IMG/VR virus record: IMGVR_UViG_3300028048_000120
Location: 19,744-83,743 of that record
DNA length: 64,000 nucleotides
DNA from: a virus
Lineage: Duplodnaviria; Caudoviricetes
Reading direction: 5' to 3' (one strand)
This document shows, piece by piece, positions 18,113 to 25,937 of the stretch (its first letter is position 1; the number at the start of each line of letters is the position of its first letter). The position numbers and the translations under genes were made by a program. A model generated the notes under the pieces. The model was given only the letters and a program-made list of their open reading frames with translations, searched no databases and had not been told where the DNA came from.

Positions 18113-19621
18113 ATGGAAACAGAAGAAAAAGCAAAAGCCTATGATAAGGCTTTGAAAGTAATTAAGGATAATTTAGATGCTCTAAATGAAATTGCTGAAA
18201 CAGGAGCAAAGATTGTAAATATCCAAACCATTAAAAATTGTTTTTACAGAGCATTCCCCGAACTCAAAGAGAGCGAGGATGAGAAGATAAGGAAAGCACT
18301 TATTAGAACCTTTAATGAGTTAAGGACTAATGAACATATAAATGATGTTCTTGTAGGGGATATTCTCACTTGGCTTGAAAAGCAAGGTGAGCAGAAACAA
18401 GACCCTTGTAATAATTGTAAGGATGTTATGCTTAATTGTCATAACTTCCCTTGCACTAAAAAGAGAGCATTTAAACAAGGTAAGTCATTACTTGAAGTAA
18501 TCAATGAAGAAAAGGTGGATAATGCTAATAAAGTTGAACCGAAGTTTAGAATTAAGTATGCTGGTAGCGAGTATAATGTGTTTGAAATAAAAAACATTGC
18601 AGGCGTAACATTCTATGGAATAGAAGATGAGCCAAATCATATTGATTATGTTAAGGCAGAGAATTGTGAAAAAGTTGACGGTTATAGCATAAAAGAAAAT
18701 GGCTCTACATATCCAACTAAGTCTGCTGTGTTTTCGGAGCAAACCACTAATGATAAAGTTGAGCCAAAGTTCCATGAAGGAGATTGGCTTTGTGAAAATG
18801 CGCCAAACAATTATGCTCGATTTATACAAATACTTGAAATAGTCAATTTACAAGGTAAAGAAAGATATAGAATTTCCAGAGACATTCATAATGACGAAGA
18901 TATAGTAGAGTGCAGGTTTATTGAAAACGACTACCATTCCTTTACTATTGCCGATGCAAAGGATGGTGATGTACTCAATTCTCCATCTCATCACCTTATA
19001 TGGATTTATAAAGATAATGAGCATTTTTATGCTTGTGTAAATATGAATTATGTAACTGAAAATGTTGCTACAAATGGTTTAATTAAAATTCCTTCTGATG
19101 CTTGTCCAGCAACCAAAGAGCAGCGTGATACTCTAATGAAAGCAATGACTGATGCTGGATATGCCTTTGATTTTGATAAGAAAAAATTGAAAAAGATAGA
19201 GGATGAAACAGAAATCCCATTTGGTGCTAAGGATAGTGAATTGCAAGAGGCTACTTACTATATTCCTAAAGGTTTTTACGCTGAAATAGACAATGATAAG
19301 GTAGTTATTAAGAAGGGTGAAAAGCCTACTGCTTGGAATGAAGATGATGATAAGATGTTATATACAATTATTGCAGATTTTAAAGGCTTTATTCATAATA
19401 ATACATCTACACTTGAGTCACATTTCAACGAATGTATAGACTGGCTTAAATCCATCAAAGACAGAGTTGGTTGTGAAGCAAATTACACAACCACAAAAGA
19501 GTGGAAGCCGAGTGATGAGCAGATGAAAGTTCTTTTAAGCGAAGTAACTGCATGGTTTAAAGGATGTTCAAAACAAAAAGTTTTAAAATCACTCTATGAT
19601 GATTTAAAGAAATTAAAGTAG
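18113..19621 (+). CDS. Mosaic hypothetical protein with repeated linkers
   Basis: 502 aa; KVEPKF occurs twice; ESEDEKIRK, IADAKDGDVL and PATKEQRD blocks. Confidence 0.7.
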   Translation: METEEKAKAYDKALKVIKDNLDALNEIAETGAKIVNIQTIKNCFYRAFPELKESEDEKIRKALIRTFNELRTNEHINDVLVGDILTWLEKQGEQKQDPCNNCKDVMLNCHNFPCTKKRAFKQGKSLLEVINEEKVDNANKVEPKFRIKYAGSEYNVFEIKNIAGVTFYGIEDEPNHIDYVKAENCEKVDGYSIKENGSTYPTKSAVFSEQTTNDKVEPKFHEGDWLCENAPNNYARFIQILEIVNLQGKERYRISRDIHNDEDIVECRFIENDYHSFTIADAKDGDVLNSPSHHLIWIYKDNEHFYACVNMNYVTENVATNGLIKIPSDACPATKEQRDTLMKAMTDAGYAFDFDKKKLKKIEDETEIPFGAKDSELQEATYYIPKGFYAEIDNDKVVIKKGEKPTAWNEDDDKMLYTIIADFKGFIHNNTSTLESHFNECIDWLKSIKDRVGCEANYTTTKEWKPSDEQMKVLLSEVTAWFKGCSKQKVLKSLYDDLKKLK

Positions 19622-19627
19622 AAACTT

Positions 19628-19679
19628 ATGATGGTGTGGTGGAATTAGACACTAGAATAACTAATTTCACCACCATCAT
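19628..19679. terminator. Long hairpin (terminator or processing site)
   Basis: atgatggtg-tg-gtggaattag / ctaatttcac-caccatcat stem followed by a short T-run. Confidence 0.55.
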
Positions 19680-19697
19680 TTTAAAAGAATAATAGTT

Positions 19698-19886
19698 ATG
19701 ATAGACAAAGAAAAAATTGAGGAGAACATTAGAATGGCAGAAGGCTTTATCTCAGAGGCAAAAAGGTGTCTGAGAGAAGAATATGACAATTATGCAGATG
19801 TTCAAAGGTGGATGAACAAAGCGGAGGATCTAAGGTTGTTAACCACAATCCTTCTAAGTAAACATTTAAATGGAAAATTGAAATAA
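19698..19886 (+). CDS. Hypothetical protein
   Basis: 62-aa ORF. Confidence 0.5.
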   Translation: MIDKEKIEENIRMAEGFISEAKRCLREEYDNYADVQRWMNKAEDLRLLTTILLSKHLNGKLK

Positions 19887-19891
19887 TAGTT

Positions 19892-20095
19892 ATGAAAGCA
19901 AACGAGATTATTGAAGGTATTAAAAACCTAAAAGAACTGACTGCTCGCAATAGCATGGGATGCTCTGAGAACTGGTATAATTTCTACTATGCAATGAAAG
20001 AAACATTTACTCCTGAAGAAATACAAAGTATGACTGATAGAGAATGTGAACTACTTGAAAGGTTAGCTTATAATATTCAGGAAGGATTATATTAA
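19892..20095 (+). CDS. Hypothetical protein
   Basis: 67-aa ORF. Confidence 0.5.
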   Translation: MKANEIIEGIKNLKELTARNSMGCSENWYNFYYAMKETFTPEEIQSMTDRECELLERLAYNIQEGLY

Positions 20096-20112
20096 ATAAA
20101 AAAGTTGTAAGT

Positions 20113-20337
20113 ATGAAACTAAGAAAAATATTACATGAGTTTTTGTGCACATTAACTTACAAGTGCCCTAAATGTGGGGAACATCTTGCTTGTAATGATA
20201 ATGAGCATGAATATGGCAACTGGTATTGCCCTAATTGTGATGGTAATTGTGAAGAAGAAATAGGCATAAAAGAACCTATTTCTAAGACATTCCTAAGAGT
20301 TAATGAATTTGAAAATGATAATAGTTATAGAAGGTAA
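20113..20337 (+). CDS. Zinc-ribbon protein
   Basis: CPKC...CPNC pairs. Confidence 0.55.
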   Translation: MKLRKILHEFLCTLTYKCPKCGEHLACNDNEHEYGNWYCPNCDGNCEEEIGIKEPISKTFLRVNEFENDNSYRR

Positions 20338-20614
20338 CAACATTATGAAACTGATAGACAAAGACACTTTAGTCGCAAAACTTAAAAATAGCATGAGAAA
20401 GAAATTCCGTATTATAAATAATGAGGTACATTGTCCTAATGCTTTTCATCCTTATTGGTATAGAATAGAGCAAAGATATACTATTTTATTCTTTATTCAT
20501 TGGTGGGGAACTCCGACCTTTGAACCTCCTCATAATTTTGAATTTACTTGCGATGCAGTAAGACATATAAAGGAACATTATCCTAATGCTATTATATATG
20601 ATTATTATTTCTGA
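20303..20614 (+). CDS. Hypothetical protein (start uncertain)
   Basis: 103-aa ORF. Confidence 0.4.
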   Translation: MNLKMIIVIEGNNIMKLIDKDTLVAKLKNSMRKKFRIINNEVHCPNAFHPYWYRIEQRYTILFFIHWWGTPTFEPPHNFEFTCDAVRHIKEHYPNAIIYDYYF

Positions 20615-20638
20615 GAACAAATGTAAAAAATAGATATT

Positions 20639-20875
20639 ATGGCACAGCAATGTTATGCAAGTATAAGTGACACAGGACTTCATTGTATTTGGTGTGTTAC
20701 ACGTCTTGTAAATTTTGATGGATGTGAATTTACTGAGGCATATTGTGAAAAGCACAATTTACCATGTCGGAAACTTAATTACTTCTGTTCCGACTTTATA
20801 GGGTATAAGCCAGATTATAGAATGACTGACGAAGAAGAACATGAATTAGTAGAAAGTTTAAGAAATAAAGAATAA
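20639..20875 (+). CDS. Cys-rich hypothetical protein
   Basis: 78 aa with seven Cys. Confidence 0.5.
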   Translation: MAQQCYASISDTGLHCIWCVTRLVNFDGCEFTEAYCEKHNLPCRKLNYFCSDFIGYKPDYRMTDEEEHELVESLRNKE

Positions 20876-20876
20876 T

Positions 20877-21080
20877 ATGGAACTACAAGAAGTGATAGAC
20901 TATGCAAGGAATGAGCACAAGTCAGACCTTGCAAAGCAGATAGCCGAGGAACTTGTTATACTTGGTGCAGAGAACGTTAAGTATAGGAAAGAGGGGAAAT
21001 ATTCTTTTAATTATGGCATGAATGTAGGGCGAATAAATGCCCTATCTTGGGTGTTAGAACAGTTAAAGAAAGGAGAATAA
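20877..21080 (+). CDS. Hypothetical protein
   Basis: 67-aa ORF. Confidence 0.5.
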   Translation: MELQEVIDYARNEHKSDLAKQIAEELVILGAENVKYRKEGKYSFNYGMNVGRINALSWVLEQLKKGE

Positions 21081-21212
21081 TTTATGGGAGTATTAGGTGA
21101 TATAATTAGATTAGTCAGAGATACCACAAAAGATACGTTAGAAGAATGTGGACTTGATGACATGAAAGATGAATTAAAAGATATTGTTAGAGCACTGAAA
21201 GGGAAATAACAG

Positions 21213-21824
21213 ATGAATAAAAAAGAAGCAATAAAGTATTTAAAGCAACTTTATCCAAATGGTGGGCATTGTTGGCTTGATGAACAGAGGATGGAGGCTA
21301 TTGATATGGCAGTAAAGGCTTTGCAAGAAGAGCCTGTAAGCGAGGAGTTAGAAAAGGCAGCAGATAAGTATTCAAACCATGATTACAATTATTTCGATGT
21401 CCTTGTCACTGAATATGATGGTACAGAACATTGGATGGACGATAAAATGTTTATTAAAGATGCTTTTATAGAAGGTGCTAAATGGAAAGAGCAGCAGTTT
21501 GAAACGGAAAGGCTCAAACATTGTGAACTCAAAAAAGAGCCTATAAGCGAGGGGCTGGAAGAAGCAGCATTTGATTATGCAGAGGCTTGTAAATATGATG
21601 GAGGCGAAAAATTATTATGTGTTGAACATTTCAAGGCAGGTGCTCAATGGCAGAAAGAGCAATTTGAAAAAGAACGGCTCAAACATTGTGATGCACTAAC
21701 AGAAGAGCAAGCGCAGATGGAGTCAGACTTTGTGGTGGACTTCATTAAAAAGAATAATCGTACACCTACATTCATAGATGCTATTGAATATGGAGTAAAA
21801 TTAAAACTTAAAGATGGAAAATAA
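21213..21824 (+). CDS. Hypothetical protein with internal tandem duplication
   Basis: EEPVSEELEKAA...GAKWKEQQFETERLKHC repeated as KEPISEGLEEAA...GAQWQKEQFEKERLKHC. Confidence 0.65.
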   Translation: MNKKEAIKYLKQLYPNGGHCWLDEQRMEAIDMAVKALQEEPVSEELEKAADKYSNHDYNYFDVLVTEYDGTEHWMDDKMFIKDAFIEGAKWKEQQFETERLKHCELKKEPISEGLEEAAFDYAEACKYDGGEKLLCVEHFKAGAQWQKEQFEKERLKHCDALTEEQAQMESDFVVDFIKKNNRTPTFIDAIEYGVKLKLKDGK

Positions 21825-21876
21825 ACTATGAGAGCAGAATTTCGGATTGATTTAAAATTACCTTATGATTAAAAGT

Positions 21877-21920
21877 AAATGGGGAGAGGGACTGTAGTAG
21901 TCCTTCTCTCCATTTTTTTT
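21877..21920. terminator. Intrinsic terminator at the convergence of + and - gene arms
   Basis: aaatggggagagggact / agtccttctctccattt stem plus T8. Confidence 0.75.
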
Positions 21921-21928
21921 CAGTGAGC

Positions 21929-22213
21929 TTATATAAATATAATACTATAAATAATTGCTACTAAAAATCCTATTACATCAGCAAGCCAATCATAAGCTTC
22001 TGATCCATGGTATCTCAATTCATCACATATTTCTTTTCCCATACCTATAATAAAGGTTATTATCCAAGAAAATCCTATACCATACCAAATATTATTTGTA
22101 TATTTAGTAGCTATACTACAGCATACAAGGGAAATAAGAAAAGATAAGGTGAAGTGCATTACTTTATCCTTCGGTATACCTATAATCCAATTATATATCT
22201 TTATTATCCACAT
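21929..22213 (-). CDS. VanZ-like membrane protein
   Basis: DKVMHF...GKEICDE...DWLADVIG motifs, three TM segments. Confidence 0.7.
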   Translation of the reverse strand: MWIIKIYNWIIGIPKDKVMHFTLSFLISLVCCSIATKYTNNIWYGIGFSWIITFIIGMGKEICDELRYHGSEAYDWLADVIGFLVAIIYSIIFI

Positions 22214-22422
22214 ATATCTACTCCTTCTAATTGCTGTGGTAAATCTACTTCCTTAAAATCTTCTACAGATTCATCTTTTGGTTTCTCCAATTTAATTCCA
22301 TTTTCATAAAATGTTTTACCCAAGAATATTTCTGTACCAAATCTAAGATTATCACTAATTCTTATAAACTCTTTTCCTTCATCAGCAATGATATGCTTAG
22401 GATTATTTTCATCTATTCTCAT
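22204..22422 (-). CDS. Small hypothetical protein (possible fibre assembly partner)
   Basis: 72 aa, IIADEGKEF...IFLG; coupled downstream of the LRR gene. Confidence 0.55.
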   Translation of the reverse strand: MRIDENNPKHIIADEGKEFIRISDNLRFGTEIFLGKTFYENGIKLEKPKDESVEDFKEVDLPQQLEGVDICG

Positions 22423-22434
22423 AATTTAATTAAT

Positions 22435-24234
22435 TTAATTATTTTGTGCTTCTATTATATTTTTATATTCACTCCAAGTTGAATTTGATTTGTAGGCATC
22501 TACTTTATCACTAGGTACATATATATGAGTAAGTGTAGTACCTTCAAATACATTATTTCCAAGTGTAGGAGGATCACACTTTAATTTCAAAGTAATACTT
22601 CCACAATTACTAAGAGCACCATCATCTATTACAATTGAGATGTTATCTACAACTGAGATGTAATCTAAAGTGAACCACGTTAAACCTGTGCATCCTTTAA
22701 AAGCATTTTTACCTATATAATGTGAATGTCCACAATCTGCTGTTTGAAGTGTAGTACAATTTAAACAAGCCTCATCTTCTATTATAGTAGGCATTCTTAC
22801 TTCTATTTTCTTTAAATTTGAATTGTATAAATCTGATACTTTTTCCTTAGTTGCTTTTTCTACAGTAACTTGAGAATCATCTGTTAAAGTAACAGTAATC
22901 TTATTCCTAGCACTTATTAAATTTTTATAATTCTCTAAATTTGTAACACTACCATAGGAATTATAAGCATTTGCTGAAACATATAAAGCTCTAAGATTAG
23001 TACAGTCTTTAAAAACATCACCAATAAATAAAGGAGGTACATCAGATTCAAATGTAACTGTCTTTAAATTAGGACATTGGTTAAATGCTCCATTATCAAT
23101 TTGTTTAATTGTAGCTGGAATTGTAACTGATTCAAATTCAGCACCAGCTAAACAGTAATCAGCAAGTTGAGTTATGGTATAGTTAGGTTTGGTTGCAGTT
23201 AAGTCTGTATTAGTACATCCTTTAATCATCTTTCCTGTAGCTTTTTCAACTATATTATTACTTATTGATACATAATAAGGATTATTAACATTTACTGTTA
23301 TAGTTTCAGTTTTTTTACCATGTACATTTGAAGTACCTATTGAAAAAGGATTTAATGATATTCTCTCTACAGATGCTGGTATATCTATATTCTCAAAACA
23401 TCCTATTTTAGCATCTATATATTTTAATGTATTAGGAAATGTAATCTGAGATAAGTTAGAATCTAAAAATGCATTTACACCTATACCTACAGTATTTTTA
23501 GGGAAAACAAAATTAGTTAAGTTTTGTGTTCCAGCACATAACTGCATAGGTATAGAACATTCATATTTAAATGTATCTGTAGGATAACTACTAGTAGCAG
23601 ATGTGTTTAATACATTACCTTCAAATTCTATAGTTGTTGCAGTTGCAGTTCTTAAAGGATAATTACTAAAATGTGCATTAGCTTCTTTGTGAAAACCTTC
23701 AGGAAATACAATCTTTGTAAGATTAGGGCAATTATTAAATAGCTTTTTACTAGGCTGCCCAGTAGACATTGTCCAATAATAAGGAAATTTAAATTCCTTT
23801 AGATTTGGTAAGTTTTGGATATCTATTAAAATGTCCTTATTATAGGGTGCCTTAATAATAATTTTATTTACTCTGCTTAAATCTATTTTTTCAAGTTTAG
23901 GGCAGTTGGTTATAGTTATATTATTAGCTTTACTATTTTTTCCAAATACTACTTTTTCTAGATTTGGATAATTCATTATATTAAAAAAGCTACTATTACC
24001 AATATATATTTCTTTAACAGTTTCAATATTAGTACTATTTCTTGGAAAAGTAGCTTGTTCCCCAATTTCTACACTATCATCTGTTCTTATTATTTTATAA
24101 TAAAATGGATAGTCATAAGTAAATTTTATTTCATTTTCTTGTTCTGCATATCCTATATAAGTATCAGGCAATTCTGCTGATTCCTGAAACTCATTTACAC
24201 TTTGTATATCTTGAAATTTTCTTAAGTATTTCAT
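22435..24234 (-). CDS. BspA-type (LRR_5) leucine-rich repeat protein
   Basis: Repeats such as VTIPATIKQIDNGAFNQCPNLKTVTF, IGKNAFKGCTGLT, LGNNVFEG. Confidence 0.85.
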   Translation of the reverse strand: MKYLRKFQDIQSVNEFQESAELPDTYIGYAEQENEIKFTYDYPFYYKIIRTDDSVEIGEQATFPRNSTNIETVKEIYIGNSSFFNIMNYPNLEKVVFGKNSKANNITITNCPKLEKIDLSRVNKIIIKAPYNKDILIDIQNLPNLKEFKFPYYWTMSTGQPSKKLFNNCPNLTKIVFPEGFHKEANAHFSNYPLRTATATTIEFEGNVLNTSATSSYPTDTFKYECSIPMQLCAGTQNLTNFVFPKNTVGIGVNAFLDSNLSQITFPNTLKYIDAKIGCFENIDIPASVERISLNPFSIGTSNVHGKKTETITVNVNNPYYVSISNNIVEKATGKMIKGCTNTDLTATKPNYTITQLADYCLAGAEFESVTIPATIKQIDNGAFNQCPNLKTVTFESDVPPLFIGDVFKDCTNLRALYVSANAYNSYGSVTNLENYKNLISARNKITVTLTDDSQVTVEKATKEKVSDLYNSNLKKIEVRMPTIIEDEACLNCTTLQTADCGHSHYIGKNAFKGCTGLTWFTLDYISVVDNISIVIDDGALSNCGSITLKLKCDPPTLGNNVFEGTTLTHIYVPSDKVDAYKSNSTWSEYKNIIEAQNN

Positions 24235-24258
24235 AAATTATCATTTTTAAATTTAAAA

Positions 24259-25773
24259 TTAAAGACTAAGAACAGGTCTTACAGCTATACCCCAGTATAT
24301 AGAATCGGCATACTCTGATACAGTTACTCTGTTATTACTATAAGATAGTTTAATACATCTACTAGCAAATACTCCTTTTATATTATTACACATCACATAA
24401 GCTTCGTCTCTATAAGCAGCATCTCCACTATCATTATTATCATACCAGCAGTTAGTACATGGGAAGTATATATACTGACCCGTACTAAAATTTAGTTTTA
24501 TTACTTTAACTCCATTAATATAAGCTAGTTCAGCACTTGTAGATGCTTGTATTAATTCATCAAATTGTTCTTTTGTAGGAGTATGCCAAGCACCATTATA
24601 AGTATTATAAGCTGGGTCTAAGTATTTCTCCATATAAGTAGTGACATTACCCTTATATCCATATCCCAAACAGCTAGGTATATTTCCTGAAGTTGTATCA
24701 TAATAAATACAATTAGCCATAGTAAAGTCAGCTTTATCATTTCTTATAGTAGGATCTCCCCACATATATCTATTTCCACCTTCTTCTACTTTTGTAGCTC
24801 CTAGATTCTTTACAGCCCAAATAGTACCACTTGATAATTCTAAATCTACATAATCATTTGTAGTAACTTTACCAAATATAAGTTTGTTAAGAGTAACTTT
24901 GCTTTCAATCAATGCATCAAAGTCATCTTTATTATATCCAAAAGTAAGATGAATTAAATCATTATTGGCATGATTATTCAATCTGTCATTAATATCATTT
25001 AATGCTTTAGCTAGCACTTCTTCATCATCAAATAACCCATTCCTCAATTCTTGTAAGGATTCAAAATTCTCTTTATCTGAAGCTGCTGAAGGTATATAAG
25101 TCTTAGTAGCATCTTCTCCTTCTCCTGAATGGTCATTAACTATAACATAATTACTATCACTATTAGCTCCTTTAGGTAAAGCTAATGATAGTTTATATAT
25201 AGGATTACCACTAGAATCCTCTCCATCCTTCCTCATAGAAGCACTAGCTGGAGTATTATAATCTACAGTAGTAACTCTATCAATAATTAATTGAGGTGTC
25301 TTTCCTGTAAATCCTATAGCTCCTGACATATCTACAAGGAATGTATAAGACCCTGGAGTTCCACTATAAATAAACAACTTAGCGTTATCTTCATCTTCCA
25401 CATTAGAAGTAATGATAACGAAATCCCCTCCCTTTAAATCATCACCTCTATACTCTTGCATTGCTGTAATAGAGGGAAATACCTTGCTTATTTTAAATCC
25501 TTCCCCTCTTACATAAGAGTTTGTTTTATTATAGGACTTAGTAACAGGATTCCAAATATACACATAATTATCTTCTCCGACATACATTGGATGATCTATA
25601 ATATCATGTATATCTGCTAGATTTTGAGTTACATCATGATTAAATTCAGATTGCCTTTTAGATGGATTAAAATTAACATCATCCACTATTTCATCTGCAC
25701 CTGCAACACATTTATCCATAGCTGCACTGTGTAGTCTTCCTGGAATAGTAATAAGTACTTTATTATTGCTCAT
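24259..25773 (-). CDS. Tail-fibre-like protein with C-terminal FISUMP/DUF1566-like (C-type-lectin fold) domain; ORF caller start 25797
   Basis: YVDLELSSGTIWAVKNLGA...WGD...WHTPTKEQFDEL...GIAVRPV; ATG 25773 preferred because a -7 box overlaps 25797. Confidence 0.7.
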   Translation of the reverse strand: MSNNKVLITIPGRLHSAAMDKCVAGADEIVDDVNFNPSKRQSEFNHDVTQNLADIHDIIDHPMYVGEDNYVYIWNPVTKSYNKTNSYVRGEGFKISKVFPSITAMQEYRGDDLKGGDFVIITSNVEDEDNAKLFIYSGTPGSYTFLVDMSGAIGFTGKTPQLIIDRVTTVDYNTPASASMRKDGEDSSGNPIYKLSLALPKGANSDSNYVIVNDHSGEGEDATKTYIPSAASDKENFESLQELRNGLFDDEEVLAKALNDINDRLNNHANNDLIHLTFGYNKDDFDALIESKVTLNKLIFGKVTTNDYVDLELSSGTIWAVKNLGATKVEEGGNRYMWGDPTIRNDKADFTMANCIYYDTTSGNIPSCLGYGYKGNVTTYMEKYLDPAYNTYNGAWHTPTKEQFDELIQASTSAELAYINGVKVIKLNFSTGQYIYFPCTNCWYDNNDSGDAAYRDEAYVMCNNIKGVFASRCIKLSYSNNRVTVSEYADSIYWGIAVRPVLSL

Positions 25774-25794
25774 AAATATAGTAGTTTTATTATG

Positions 25795-25824
25795 CAAAAG
25801 TATACTTTATTTCTAAGGTTTCAA
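25795..25824 (-). promoter_or_regulatory. Leftward promoter TTG-N19-TACTTTTG
   Basis: Plus-strand caaaagta at 25795-25802 and caa at 25822-25824. Confidence 0.65.
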
Positions 25825-25876
25825 GCTAAATTAGAAATATAATAATCATTCCAAAATAAATAAGGTATTTATTTAT

Positions 25877-25907
25877 TTTGAGTTTAAGTAAATTACTTAT
25901 ATCTTTG
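25877..25907 (+). promoter_or_regulatory. Rightward promoter TTTG-N19-TATCTTTG for the RNAP gene
   Basis: Full Bacteroidota consensus 30 nt upstream of ATG 25938. Confidence 0.75.
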
Positions 25908-25937
25908 TCCTAAAATTAATAATAAAATAATCATATT

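Noticed and set aside
19688-20330. Recurring ATAATAGTTAT(G) before several small genes
   Set aside because: Short, AT-rich and consistent with ordinary Bacteroidota A-rich translation-initiation context; too weak to call a regulatory element.
24259-24450. Complete diversity-generating retroelement
   Set aside because: A candidate target fold is present, but I saw no reverse transcriptase and no template repeat in the window.
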